A stretch of DNA of 20,000 nt from Lama guanicoe (GCA_013239625.1 MU053314.1:66240-86239), one strand, 5' to 3'; shown: positions 1-10,414, counted from the stretch's first letter. Notes: generated by a model not told the origin, from the letters alone. Made by a program: numbers and translations.

Positions 1-454
1 GGGGTGTCTGCTGTGCCTGGTCCTGTCCCCCTCCACTGCTGTCCCCAGTAAGGGCATGGAAGACCCACAATATGGGGGTTCATGGTAACAGAGGGGCTCA
101 TAGGGAGGTTCTGCCAAACCCTGAAATTAAACGTTAGACACTGTTCTTAAATGTCTTTTGGTGATCCAGCCAATGGGAGTCTCTTTTTGGCTGTCTTTCT
201 CAAATTTTCTCAGTCCCTGCTTCACACACACACAGCCCTTTCTTTGTTCTCTTAGAACTGGCTTAGGAGTAAGAGTTTAATACTTTTAGAGTTTGGGTTT
301 ACCCATAAGATCCTTTGCAAATAGAGTTGTGTTTGGTTTTTTTTTTTTCGCAAGGATAAAAGCAAGGCCCCAGCAGTGCATGCTATTTTATTTTACATCA
401 ATTACAGCTGTAATAGACAGGGCACCAGCCATGAAGTTAAATTTGGATTGAGTG

Positions 455-612
455 TCGACCTCATGACACACGATCTGCATGGCTTTCAGCAACTTCCTCA
501 GCCTCAGCACCTCCTCATCTGTGAAACCAGCTTAATGTCAGCAGTCTCACAAGACTGCTGCGGTGATTACCCAGGAGATGCAGGAGAAAATGGCCAGAGC
601 ACAGCCTGCCTG
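455..612 (+). mobile_element. Degenerate MIR SINE fragment
   Basis: cctcagcctcagcacctcctcatctgtgaaacc...ctcacaagactgctgcggtgattac...agcacagcctgcc resembles the MIR core (gcctcagtttcctcatctgtaaaatgg...tcacagggttgttgtgaggatta). Boundaries approximate. Confidence 0.6.
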
Positions 613-689
613 TTGAATAATGACTTTCTTAAACTGCTGGATAAATGGAGAGATCTCTGTGGTCCATATATTTTTATATTTAGTATCTT

Positions 690-870
690 ATAAACATTCT
701 TAGCGCTCACAGTATATCTAAGGTGCTGCCCTGAACGCTTTGAAGAGCAAGAAAAAAATGTACCTGCCCTCCAGGAATTTAAAATTTAGAGGAAAAGGCA
801 AATGCGAAAAAACGCAAGGCCATGTTTGATAGAGACGCACAGTTAAGCAGAAAGTGATACTGGACAAAAT
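690..870 (-). mobile_element. Degenerate L2 3' fragment
   Basis: aaacattcttagcgctcacagtat...cctgccctccaggaatttaaaatttagagg resembles the antisense L2 tail (aaacatttattgagcacctactatg...ccctgccctcaaggagcttacagtctag). Boundaries approximate. Confidence 0.45.
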
Positions 871-904
871 CCGGCAAGTCTCCACAAGACGGGGAATTCG
901 AGCC

Positions 905-960
905 NNNNNNNNNNNNNNNNNNNNNNNNNNNNNNNNNNNNNNNNNNNNNNNNNNNNNNNN
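905..960. other. Assembly gap (56 N)
   Basis: Run of N characters. Confidence 1.
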
Positions 961-1004
961 TGTCGTCTGCCAGACTGCCTCCCGGAATCCAAGTATTCTT
1001 CCTT

Positions 1005-1388
1005 TTTTTAATTTTTAATTTTTTTTACCTTTTTTTATTGAGTAATAGTCATTTTACAATTTTGTGTCAAATTCTGGTGTAGAGCACACTTTTTCAGTTA
1101 TATGTGAACATATATATATTCATTGTCCCTTTTTTTTTCTGTGAGCTACCACAAGATCTTGTATATATTTCCCTGTGCTATACAGTGTAATCTTCTTTAT
1201 CTACTCTGCATTTTAAAATCCCAGTCAATCCCTTCCCATCCCCCGCCCCCTTGGCAACCACAAGTTTGTATTCTATGTCTGTGAGTCTGTTTCTGTTTTG
1301 TATTTATTTTTTTTTTTAAGATTCTACATGTGAGTGATCTGATATGGTATTTTTCTTTCCCTTTCTGGCTGACTTCACTTAGAGTGAC
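1005..1388 (-). mobile_element. Young 5'-truncated L1 (3' UTR plus poly-A), cetartiodactyl/camelid type, with 16-bp TSD
   Basis: T-rich tail from 1005, then ttttattgagtaatagtcattttacaat...ttccctgtgctatacag...cccttggcaaccacaagtttgtattctatgtctgtgagtctgtttctgttttg...ctggctgacttcacttag, typical of an antisense L1 3' end. Flanked by CCAAGTATTCTTCCTT (989-1004) and CCAAGTATTCCTCCTT (1389-1404), one mismatch. Confidence 0.92.
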
Positions 1389-1629
1389 CCAAGTATTCCT
1401 CCTTGATTCATGAGAACAGGTCAGTCTCCAAACCTGCACAACCACTCATAGTAAGGTTCAATCCCATCAAGTCAAAGGAAGTCTAGTTGCTAAGACTCAT
1501 CACTCTCAGAAACCAGGCAGAATGAGGACCGAGTATTCTCTGCTGTGCGGCTGGTGCTGTAGCAGGAAGTCCTACAGCTCTGGCCCAGGACACATCAGAG
1601 GCACCAGGGACAGAGCGGACAGTTCCAGG

Positions 1630-1870
1630 AGAGGCATCAGGAAGGACTGCCTGCATGAGACAGCGCTGGGGCTGAAGGTCACAGTGCAACCTTGAATAGA
1701 CGTTCACCAGAATCCAGGTGGAGTCAGGAGATGGCGGTGTGAGTGGAGGTGGGGACAGGGAGGAGGTTCCAAAGAGACAGAACAGAGGGGACAAGGCCTC
1801 AGAGGTCCCTTTTGGCTGGAGGACAGGGCTGTGTGCTGTCGTGTGGGAGTGGAGAGGTTCAGGAGAGGGA
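1630..1870 (-). mobile_element. Degenerate L2 fragment
   Basis: Purine-rich ggcatcaggaaggactgcctg...gttccaaagagacagaacagaggggacaaggcctcagagg...tttggctggaggacaggg resembles antisense L2 (catcagggaaggcttcctg...ttccaggcagagggaacagcatgtgcaaaggccctgagg). Confidence 0.5.
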
Positions 1871-2689
1871 AAGTTAAGACATGAGCTGCACAGACATTGA
1901 AGGACAGTCACGGAGAGCACTGTTCACACCGCGAAAACATCTGGACTGAATCCCAGGTCCTCTGTTCTCAGTCACAGGAGTGAGTGGCAGTGTGCACTGA
2001 AAATGTCCCCGTCAAGACTGACGAGCCAAGGTCTGAATGTCTCTCTACTCCCTGCTTTGCCCTGAATATGAGATTCCCATGCAGGTGTGTTTCAGCGTGT
2101 TCTGCTGCATGGACAGCAGTGGGATGTCCTCAAGGCTGGCCCACCGGGGTGTGTTCATAACCTCGGTGGTCCCACAGCTGTCTCTTCCATGTGAAGACCA
2201 TCCACTCTGGGAGCCAGAGAAGGAAACACACTGAGAAGCACTGCTCTGGGCATGGAGGGTTTTAGGCATAGAAAGACATGTGCCATGTCTCACCTTTGGA
2301 AGGGTCATCCTGGCTGTGAGAACAGGGAGGTGGGAAAGGAGTGTGTGAGGAAGTAGTGGCAGAGGCTGAAACAAGGGGACCACATGGAAGGCGCTGTGGG
2401 GAGAGGATGGGCAGGCCTGGATGGAAGGGCAGGAGAGAGGATGGGTTAACACATCTGGTAACCATCCCTTAGAGCTGGCTGTGCTTACAGCCCTGAAACC
2501 CGTTCAGAACAGCTGTTGTCAGACAGGAGTAGAGCTGGCTGGGGCGACTGAAGTCCTTCAGGAGGGTTGAGGGCACTAGGACCTGAGCCAAAGGAGAACC
2601 ACAAACCGGTGCCCCAAGGTGAGAGCATGCCCCACAGAGAGGGAGGCCAAGACTTTGGCAGGGCTTCCTCCCAGGGCTCCCCAAATCCT

Positions 2690-2740
2690 ACATTCACTAG
2701 GGATCTAACCATCACATTCACTAGAGATCTAACCATCACA
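2690..2740. repeat. 24-bp tandem duplication (2 copies plus 3 nt)
   Basis: ACATTCACTAGGGATCTAACCATC (2690-2713) and ACATTCACTAGAGATCTAACCATC (2714-2737), then ACA. One mismatch. Confidence 0.95.
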
Positions 2741-4689
2741 CTGAGTTACCCGTTGAAACCTACATGCTTGCGGCACCAAACTGCCCGTTCGCGAGGCTGT
2801 TACTTCAAAGTCTACAGTCTTGAGCCTCTCAGGTTGTCCCTGAGTGTGACTCAAACACCAAAAGATGGCAAAGGACTAAAATGCTGCATGAGAGTTGAAT
2901 TTGGAGGAACAGGGGTATACGGACCCCAGCCCCAGATCGGCCACGAAAAAGTGAAATGTGAGGCCTTTACTGATGTTCCTACTGGTATGAGACACTGAGG
3001 ATAATTTTATTAACTTCATGAGCAATATGTATGTGATTTTTCTGTCTCTTTTCAGTTCCAGATAATAACTTTGAAATTTTTCTATTAGTTAAAGAAATCC
3101 ATTCATTATTTACTCAAGGGGCAAATTCTAGAACCAATTTTAAATCTACGAAATACTTGTGATCTTCTGCACAGTGAGTTTATGAGACAGTTTATTCTGT
3201 CTTTCAAAAAGGGAGTATTTTTAATTCTTCTGTCAAAATCTAAATTCACAAATGACTAGAAACAAAGACTATACTTTGAGTCCTTGTGGTAAGAATTCAA
3301 GTTGAAACGACCGGCACTGGAACTGACTTTGCCTCAGACAAGTGATACTGCTTCTGAATCTGTCCATTTTCAAGGCAAAAAGAATCATTTTACCATATAT
3401 ACATGATTTTTCACAATTTCCAGTTTGCTCTAAGACATGAAACAATCAGGAACGCGTACATAAAAAAGGGCTTGCTTTAAAGGGTGTGCCTGCTGAGAGA
3501 CTCCTGACACAGTACCTCTCGCTCTCTGAAAGGGCTGAGCGGCTGGACTAGGTTAGCTGAGAACAGACCTCAAACACCAGTGAGTTAAACTACATTCCAC
3601 TGAAAGCAACCGGTATTCACTGCGAACATGCCACTTGCTGCAGTTCAGTTCTGCCTTTACCTGCGAGGGGCTCCTGAGGAAGTTGCCCCTCCAGCCTGTG
3701 ACACCCTTTTTGTTTCTTCCTTTACATGGTGGAGACTGGCACTCAGCTCAGACGGTATCACTCTCTTGCTTAGAAACATGGTATGTCCCTTGGCCACCAG
3801 CTCACTCCTCACCTCCACCTCTGTGTCTCAGCTGAGTCGCTTCAAGCGGGGCCCTCACCTGCTCACACGCAGGGTGGGAAGCTGTGCCAACAACTCAGGA
3901 CCCTGTCTCCACCCCTACACCCTCCACTACAGGCAAACCCCATTTGTCTGCGCTGTCTCTCTTCAGTTTTCCTAATACAAACAACAAATATGACCCAAGT
4001 AGTGATTTCGGGAATCTGCTTAATTCATACATGTCCTGTATTTGTTTAAAAACAAGTTTCATCACATTAATTATATGTAAAGCCGGGTCATTCAGCCAAA
4101 AATTTCATGAATGAATTTTTTAAAGAAATCATTTAACTTAAGTGACATCACCAGTAAATGAGAACATTGTAAAAAGAAGTCTCACTACACAGAAAATCAC
4201 GTCTGGTTTTGATGTTCCTTCTGCAGACAAGGGATGTAAAATATAATTAGAAGGATACGAACTGCGGCCACAGAATAACTACTTGGTTCGGCAGCATATT
4301 ACAAAACAGTAATATACCGACAGAGTCAAATTCCCCAGAACATAAGGTACTAGTGATAAATTAAAACGCAGTATATGCCAGGGAGTTTGGGAAAGAAGTT
4401 CTTAGCGTAGACTGATGCCATCAGAGAGACTGATGTCCGGTGGAAGGACCTCTTAGAATGTGGTTGAGCACAAATATTTGAAAAAAAACTCCACTGGAAA
4501 GGTCAGATTACCTTAAAATAGATTAATATAAATCCACAAGGATATCATAAGCACTTGAAGAAAGTTTTATACCCCAAAGCAATTAATCAAACAATTTTTT
4601 CAAACAATTGTTTAATTCAGGGGACAAAGTTAAAACTATTAGTTGAACTGTTTTTATAGCTTAACTGGTCAGATCAGTCAAAACTGGTG

Positions 4690-5033
4690 GCAGACTGGTG
4701 GTTGTCAGGGGCTGGTGGGAGGTTGGGGTGGAATCCGGGGATGTCAGTGAAGGATACAAACTCCCAGTTGTGAGGTGAATGGTCCTGGGGTGTGATGTTC
4801 AGCACGGTGACTGCAGCCAACAATGCTGTGTTATACACATGAAAGTTACTTAGAGTAGGTCTCAGATGTCCTCACAAAAAAAAAAAAGGGAACCGTGTGA
4901 GGCGATGGGTGTGAACTAACCTTACCGTGGAGATCATTTCACAATATATACTATGCATATCACATTATCATGTTGTGCACCGTAAACTTACACAATGGTA
5001 CACGTCAATTATATCCCAGGAAAACTGGAAAAA
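4690..5033 (+). mobile_element. L1 3' end fragment (L1MA9/L1MA10-like)
   Basis: agactggtggttgtcaggggctgg...aaggatacaaactcccagtt...agcacggtgactgcagccaacaatgctgtgttatacacatgaaagtt...tgtgaactaaccttaccgtggagatcatttcacaatatata...gtcaattatatcccaggaaaactggaaaaa. Subfamily name from recall. Confidence 0.85.
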
Positions 5034-7009
5034 TAGGATCATTAAAAGACAAAGGCAGCACTCCAACGAGGAAGTAAACAAAAGGAACACTAAGTATGTG
5101 CCTCATGTGGAATAATGTTGCTGACGTGAGCTTAACTGAAGCATAATAATTGACATAAAGTGAATATAATGATTTAATTAGCTATATAAATCGGCTTGAA
5201 TGACAAACATTTACTCGAAAGTTGTGTTTTTTGGATTACTAAAAATTCCCAATTTTTTTTTTTACTTTTAGTGTTGAATTTATTTCCAAAACATTTTTAA
5301 TGTATGATTTTAAGGCCAGTTAATAAGGAGATCATTTTAGGTGCCAAAGGAGATTAAGAGCTGTCAACGAGAAAAAAGAAAACATTTTTGCATATCATAA
5401 AAATACACTGCACTCGTAGCCTGTATGAGGATTAAGAAAAAACTGCGGACTTTTAAATTCCACCTACAGATTGTGTCTGATAAATCACTGTAGGCATTTC
5501 TAGCTTTCCTTATATATAACTGGCAGAACTTTTTTTTTCTTCCTTTTTCTTATTTTTTTTTCACAAGACAGTTTCATTTTATAGCACTTACTCCAGTAGA
5601 AAATTCTGAGGGATCCTAGTCTGGCCAGTAATGAAACGTTTTGTTTTGTGGGGACACTTGCACACTCAGTGCTGAAAACGGCCTAGATAATTACACATAT
5701 TTAACACTATGTCCCAATTTTTTCAAATACATTTTCTTTTCTGTTTCAAAGCAGCCCTTTGGCTGAGAGCACTCAGCCAGATTAAGGTCACAAGGCAATA
5801 AATGGTACTGTCCCCACAAGACTTGTCCAAACAAGTCTTCCAACTCCTGAAACAGGGGAAAGAAAGTATATCTTCCCCATGCCTCAGAAAACCTTTAATT
5901 TTCCCGATGAAAAAACTGAGAACAAACTACACAGACACAAAGGATTTGGTAAAAGGCAGTGACAAATAGCAGAAAAGAAAAAAAAAAAGTTCACATTTAA
6001 AGGTACAGCACTTCTTTCTAAAGTTTAAATTTTAAATTCCTCCAGGATTAGAGTCAAAAGAAAATGACTGAGGTGAAGAGAACTCAGTCTGGGGATGTGC
6101 TTTAGAATCTGCTCTCTGCACTTAATTCAGGAAATAAAAGAAGAACCAAAGTCTGTTTTCCTCAGAGAGCCTCACCCAGGGGAGCTGGTGCGTGAACAAG
6201 AGAGGAAACTCACATGTGTCCCCACCAGTAGCTTCAAGAGCTGAGGGTGGGCTCAAGGGAACGTGGGGCCTAGATCACTGCCAACAAGCTGGAGGTATCA
6301 GAAGCAAACTGGACATTCGTTTGCAAACGCAGGCACTGGCATAGTACGATGTAGACAACTTTGTGTTTCTCATTAGTCAAGTGGAATCCAAACTGAGTTC
6401 AATTCTTAGTTTTAACTCAAGTGAACAGTGTTTTAATCTCCCCAAAATCTTTTCATAACTATTTTGGTTTTGGCATATGCCTATTTCTTAGACTAGAAAT
6501 TATGGTCCAGTCTTTTTCTCACTAATTAATGCATCAATGAGACAAGCGGAATTTTCCACTGTTACCAAATGGGCTCCAGGAAACTTCCTCTTCAGCTGAG
6601 ATGTTACTGCTGCAGAAGAGCTTGGAGAACTTCTGCGTTCTGGAGGCCCGGGAGACCCGTCTGCTATGGGAAGGCATTTTCCCGGTATTTCTGGGCACTG
6701 ACAACAAACTGGAGAGCTCCTCATCTTTATAAACCTTAACTGGCAGCTCCTGGCTAAGTGCCACCCTACAGAGCCCAGTGCTGGCTGGTTCTGCTGGAAT
6801 GAGAGACCATGTGGACTCAAAGCCTAACTCACATGTTCTGCCGTTTTATTACTGGCAAGAAGGAGTATGCAAATGAGTGTCAGTCAGGGTTTTATGTTTT
6901 CCTATGTAGCCTCAAGCTTCTGCTGAAAAAATCTTCACCCTGCCTAAACCACCCGGATTTCTACAAGCCCCATAACCCAAATTCAAATATTTCAATTTTA
7001 TCTAATACA

Positions 7010-7562
7010 ATTTTCGGGCCCCTGATATGTTTAAAAAAAAAAAAGCCGTGATGGGAAGTGCATCTTCTAATTCATGTCAGCGGCAGGAATCTCCACAGCA
7101 CACTTCTTTTCAGTCCCTATAAATGGTCTAATTCCTGAGAAAATGCTCACTGTTTATTAAGAAGATGGGTATTTATTTGACTTTTACACTTTTCCATTGT
7201 TAGTCCTAGTTTCTCAGTTTCCTAGATGCATAAGAGATGCCAGCATAGGAGAGGCCAATGGACTAAAAGGAATTCAACCAAGTCAGATTTTCGGGCCCCT
7301 GATATGTTTAAAAAAAAAAAAAGCCGTGATGGGAAGTGCATCTTCTAATTCACGTCAGCGGCAGGAATCCCCACAGCACACTTCTTTTCAGTCCCTATAA
7401 ATGGTCTAATTCCTGAGAAAATGCTCACTGTTTATTAAGAAGATGGGTACTTATTTGACTTTTACACTTTTCCATTGTTAGTCCTAGTTTCTCAGTTTCC
7501 TAGATGCATAAGAGATGCCAGCATAGGAGAGGCCAATGGACTAAAAGGAATTCAACCAAGTC
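7010..7562. repeat. Tandem duplication 1: 7010-7284 and 7287-7562 (about 275 bp unit)
   Basis: Both copies run ATTTTCGGGCCCCTGATATG...GGAATTCAACCAAGTC with a 2-nt AG spacer. By eye they differ by 3 T/C substitutions and A12 vs A13. Confidence 0.97.
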
Positions 7563-7726
7563 CGTTCTCTGCAATAAACATGCAATTAACACATCTGTTT
7601 AACAGAATTGTGTGTGTATCTTAGAGTCATTTAAAAACATAGAATATACTTTTGTTTTTATCTGGAAAAAATTGTTGAACGCTGGTGTGAATTACTGCAG
7701 CCCCTCTCTCTGACTCCCCTTACCAG

Positions 7727-7808
7727 GTGCAGGGGACCATCTTCCCCGCCCCCAATTTCAATCCTGTGATGGACGCCCAGGTGCTGGAGGGAGCGCTCCA
7801 GGGATTTG
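7727..7808 (+). CDS. ANXA10: Annexin A10 internal coding exon (probably exon 2), 82 nt, phase 0 start and phase 1 end
   Basis: Acceptor cccctctctctgactccccttaccAG (AG at 7725-7726) and donor G|GTAAGC (GT at 7809-7810). Translates VQGTIFPAPNFNPVMDAQVLEGALQGF plus G, closely matching my recollection of human ANXA10 (MFCGDY)VQGTIFPAPNFNPIMDAQMLGGALQGF. Splices in frame to 14193. Confidence 0.95.
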
Positions 7809-8224
7809 GTAAGCCGGGAGGTTTCCAGTGCCTCTCACTGTCACCATCCCACTCTGCCCGTTCTAAGACTGTAATGTGGGTGTGAAGAGCTGATGTCTAA
7901 CAGAGGCCAACACAGCTTAACATGCAAAGCTGGGAAAAGCAGCAGAATGAGAAAAATAACAGAAAAGGGCAACAGTGGTGACGAGATTTCCCTATCGCAA
8001 TTGCAAATCCGACCTCGACACGCTTTTGCCTTAAATTCTTAAACGTCTCATCACTACTGAATGAAATCCCAAACCAAAACACCTGATCTGGGATAAACAG
8101 CCTTTTGGCTCTGGTTGTTTTCTAGCCTGTTTCCTCTGCTACTTCCTCGTGCAGCCAAATCAAAGTTCCTGCCGCTCCCCCAGGGGATCTGCTTCTCCAC
8201 ATCCCCGCAAACTGGCCCGGGGTC

Positions 8225-8460
8225 CCCCGCCTGGAAGGCTGTTTTCTAATTCCACCTACTTGGCATCCAAATTTTCCTCCTTCAAGAATCCCTTCAAGTG
8301 AGCCTTCCTCCTAGAACCCTCCTTTGCCCTCCAAGCTCACAGCGCAAGCCCGGCCCTCTGCTTCCAGACTCTCCCACCCTTGACCCCACTTCCACTGGGC
8401 TCATCCTTCGTGTCTCTTACCACCTGGTCGGTGAACTCCCGGAGTGCAGAGCCTGGGTGC
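8225..8460 (+). mobile_element. Degenerate L2 3' fragment, partly copied by duplication 2
   Basis: gcctggaaggctgttttc...cctccttcaagaatcccttcaagtgagccttcctcctagaaccctcc...gtgaactcccggagtgcagagcctgggt resembles sense L2 (gcctggaatgctcttcc...catccttcaagtctcagctcaaatgtcacctcctccaggaagccttcc...gtgagctccttgagggcagggactgtgt). Confidence 0.55.
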
Positions 8461-9073
8461 AGGTGATTACAAGTGGATGAGATCAGAGTTTAGGAAAGGA
8501 ATACACAGAGAAGGGGGGAACCTGCTGTGTTCTTCTAACAACGATTTCATCCTTAAGATGTGATGGGGAGTGTTAAAGATCCATTTATTTTTCTTAGTAC
8601 AATCTGTTTTAAGGAAACTTCTGGTGAGTACGAAGATAAACACTGACAACAGAAAGGAAACGTCGGCATAAAATATGTGAAGACTTTAGTTAAGAATTCC
8701 TTTGCCCTCCAAGCTCACAGCGTAAGCCCGCACTCTGCTTCCAGACTCTCCCACCCTTGACCCCACTTCCACTGGGCTCATCCTTTGTGTCTCTTACCAC
8801 CTGGTCGATGAACTCCTGGAGCGCAGAGCCTGGGTGCAGGTGATTATAAGTGGATGAGATCAGAGTTTAGGAAAGGAATACATAGAGAAGGGGGGAACCT
8901 GTTGTGTTCTTCTAAATACGATTCCATCCTTAAGATGTGATGGGGAGTGTTAAAGATCCATTTATTTTTCTTGGTACAATCTGTTTTAAGGAAACTTCTG
9001 GTGAGTACGAAGATAAACACTGACAACAGAAAGGAAACGTCGGCATAAAATATGTGAAGACTTTAGTTAAGAA
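8320..9073. repeat. Tandem duplication 2: 8320-8696 and 8698-9073 (about 377 bp unit)
   Basis: Both copies run TCCTTTGCCCTCCAAGCTCACAGCG...GACTTTAGTTAAGAA. About 15 differences by eye (about 96% identity). It explains the twin ORFs 8467-8649 and 8844-9026. Confidence 0.97.
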
Positions 9074-10414
9074 AGCAAAGCTCCTCACTTTGAAGACAAG
9101 GTTGCCCTCATGACAGCTCTGCTCTGCGTGTGTGTGTGTGTCCACCAGCAGAACCCCAGAGAGAAAACAATAAATGACTTTGAACATTATCTGAAGTCGA
9201 CTTAGGAGTCCGCAATGATTCCACGCCTTTTAAAACATCAGTCATCACTAGAAATATAGAGACAACGTAACGAAAAGTTAGATTAATTTTTTTAAGAGAG
9301 TAATTTTTGCTTTAAAACTATAGATCAGAGAAATCTATTCACTGAAAAAAATTTTTTTCTTCACTTTAGTTTCAATTTTCTTGTCATTGAAATTTTGGTG
9401 TCAGAATATTGACTCATTTTGACCCTGGGAATTTCTGCTTGTCAGGGTCTGAGCTGAAGAACTTCAGGAGGTTTTCTGGCAGAATGTCAATTCTTGCATG
9501 CCAGAGCAAAATACAGCTCGAAATGCCTTAAAAGCCTGCCCACCCCCGGCAGAGTACAATTAAAGGAGAGAATTGCTAATGTTTCCCTTGGCCATTGTGG
9601 GTTTTCCCCAGCTTTGTGGAGACATAATTGAGAAATAACATTGTGTGAGTTTATGGTGCACAATGTGATGATTTGATACACGCATGTTCTGCTGAATGAT
9701 GAACACAGTAAGGTTAGTTCACAGGTAATCTGCATAAAATATGTGAAGACTTTGGTTAAGAAAGCAAAGCTCCTCACTTTGAAGACAAGGCTGCCCTTAT
9801 GACAGATCTGCTCTGCGTGTGTGTGTGTGTCCACCAGCAGAACCCCAGAGAGAAAACAATAAATGACTTTGAACATGATCTGAAGTCGACTTAGGAGTCC
9901 GCAATGATTCCACGCCTTTTAAAACATCAGTCATCACTAGAAATATAGAGACAACGTAACGAAAAGTTAGATTAATTTTTTTAAGAGTAATTTTTGCTTT
10001 AAAACTATAGATCAGAGAAATTTATTCACTGAAAAAAATTTTTTTCTTCACTTTAGTTTCAATTTTCTTGTCATTGAAATTTTGGCGTCAGAAAATTGAC
10101 TCATTTTGACCCTGGGAATTTTCTGCTTGTCAGGGTCTGAGCTGAAGAATTTCAGGAGGTTTTCTGGCAGAATGTCAATTCCTGCATGCCAGAGCAAAAT
10201 ACAGTTCGAAATGCCTTAAAAGCCTGCCCACCCCCGGCAGAGTACAATTAAGGGAGAGAATTGCTAATGTTTCCCTTGGCCATTGTGGGTTTTCCCCAGG
10301 TTTGTGGAGACATAATTGAGAAATAACATTGTGTGAGTTTATGGTGCACAATGTGATGATTTGATACACGCATGTTCTGCTGAATGATGAACACAGTAAG
10401 GTTAGTTCACAGGT
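9043..10414. repeat. Tandem duplication 3: 9043-9726 and 9732-10414 (about 684 bp unit)
   Basis: Both copies run GCATAAAATATGTGAAGACTTT...GGTTAGTTCACAGGT with a 5-nt AATCT spacer. About 13 substitutions and 2 small indels by eye (about 98% identity). Confidence 0.97.
9602..9726 (-). mobile_element. Duplicated tip of the L1 3' end, truncated by the duplication 3 breakpoint
   Basis: ttttccccagctttgtggagacataattg...aatgtgatgatttgatacac...gtaaggttagttcaca is nearly identical to 10290-10414 but stops at the junction. Confidence 0.85.

Noticed and set aside
1..90. Possible LTR end (...gggggttcatggtaaca)
   Set aside because: Too short and truncated by the window edge to assign a family.
5641..5658. 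TTG TTT TGT GGG GAC ACT (LFCGDT) resembles the ANXA10 first coding exon MFCGDY
   Set aside because: No ATG and no GT donor after the sixth codon. A short chance match; the real first exon is probably upstream of the window.
9127..9141. Short (TG)n run, also near 9817-9830, plus (CA)n near 223-234 and (CT)n near 12995-13008
   Set aside because: Ordinary short microsatellites with no special significance.
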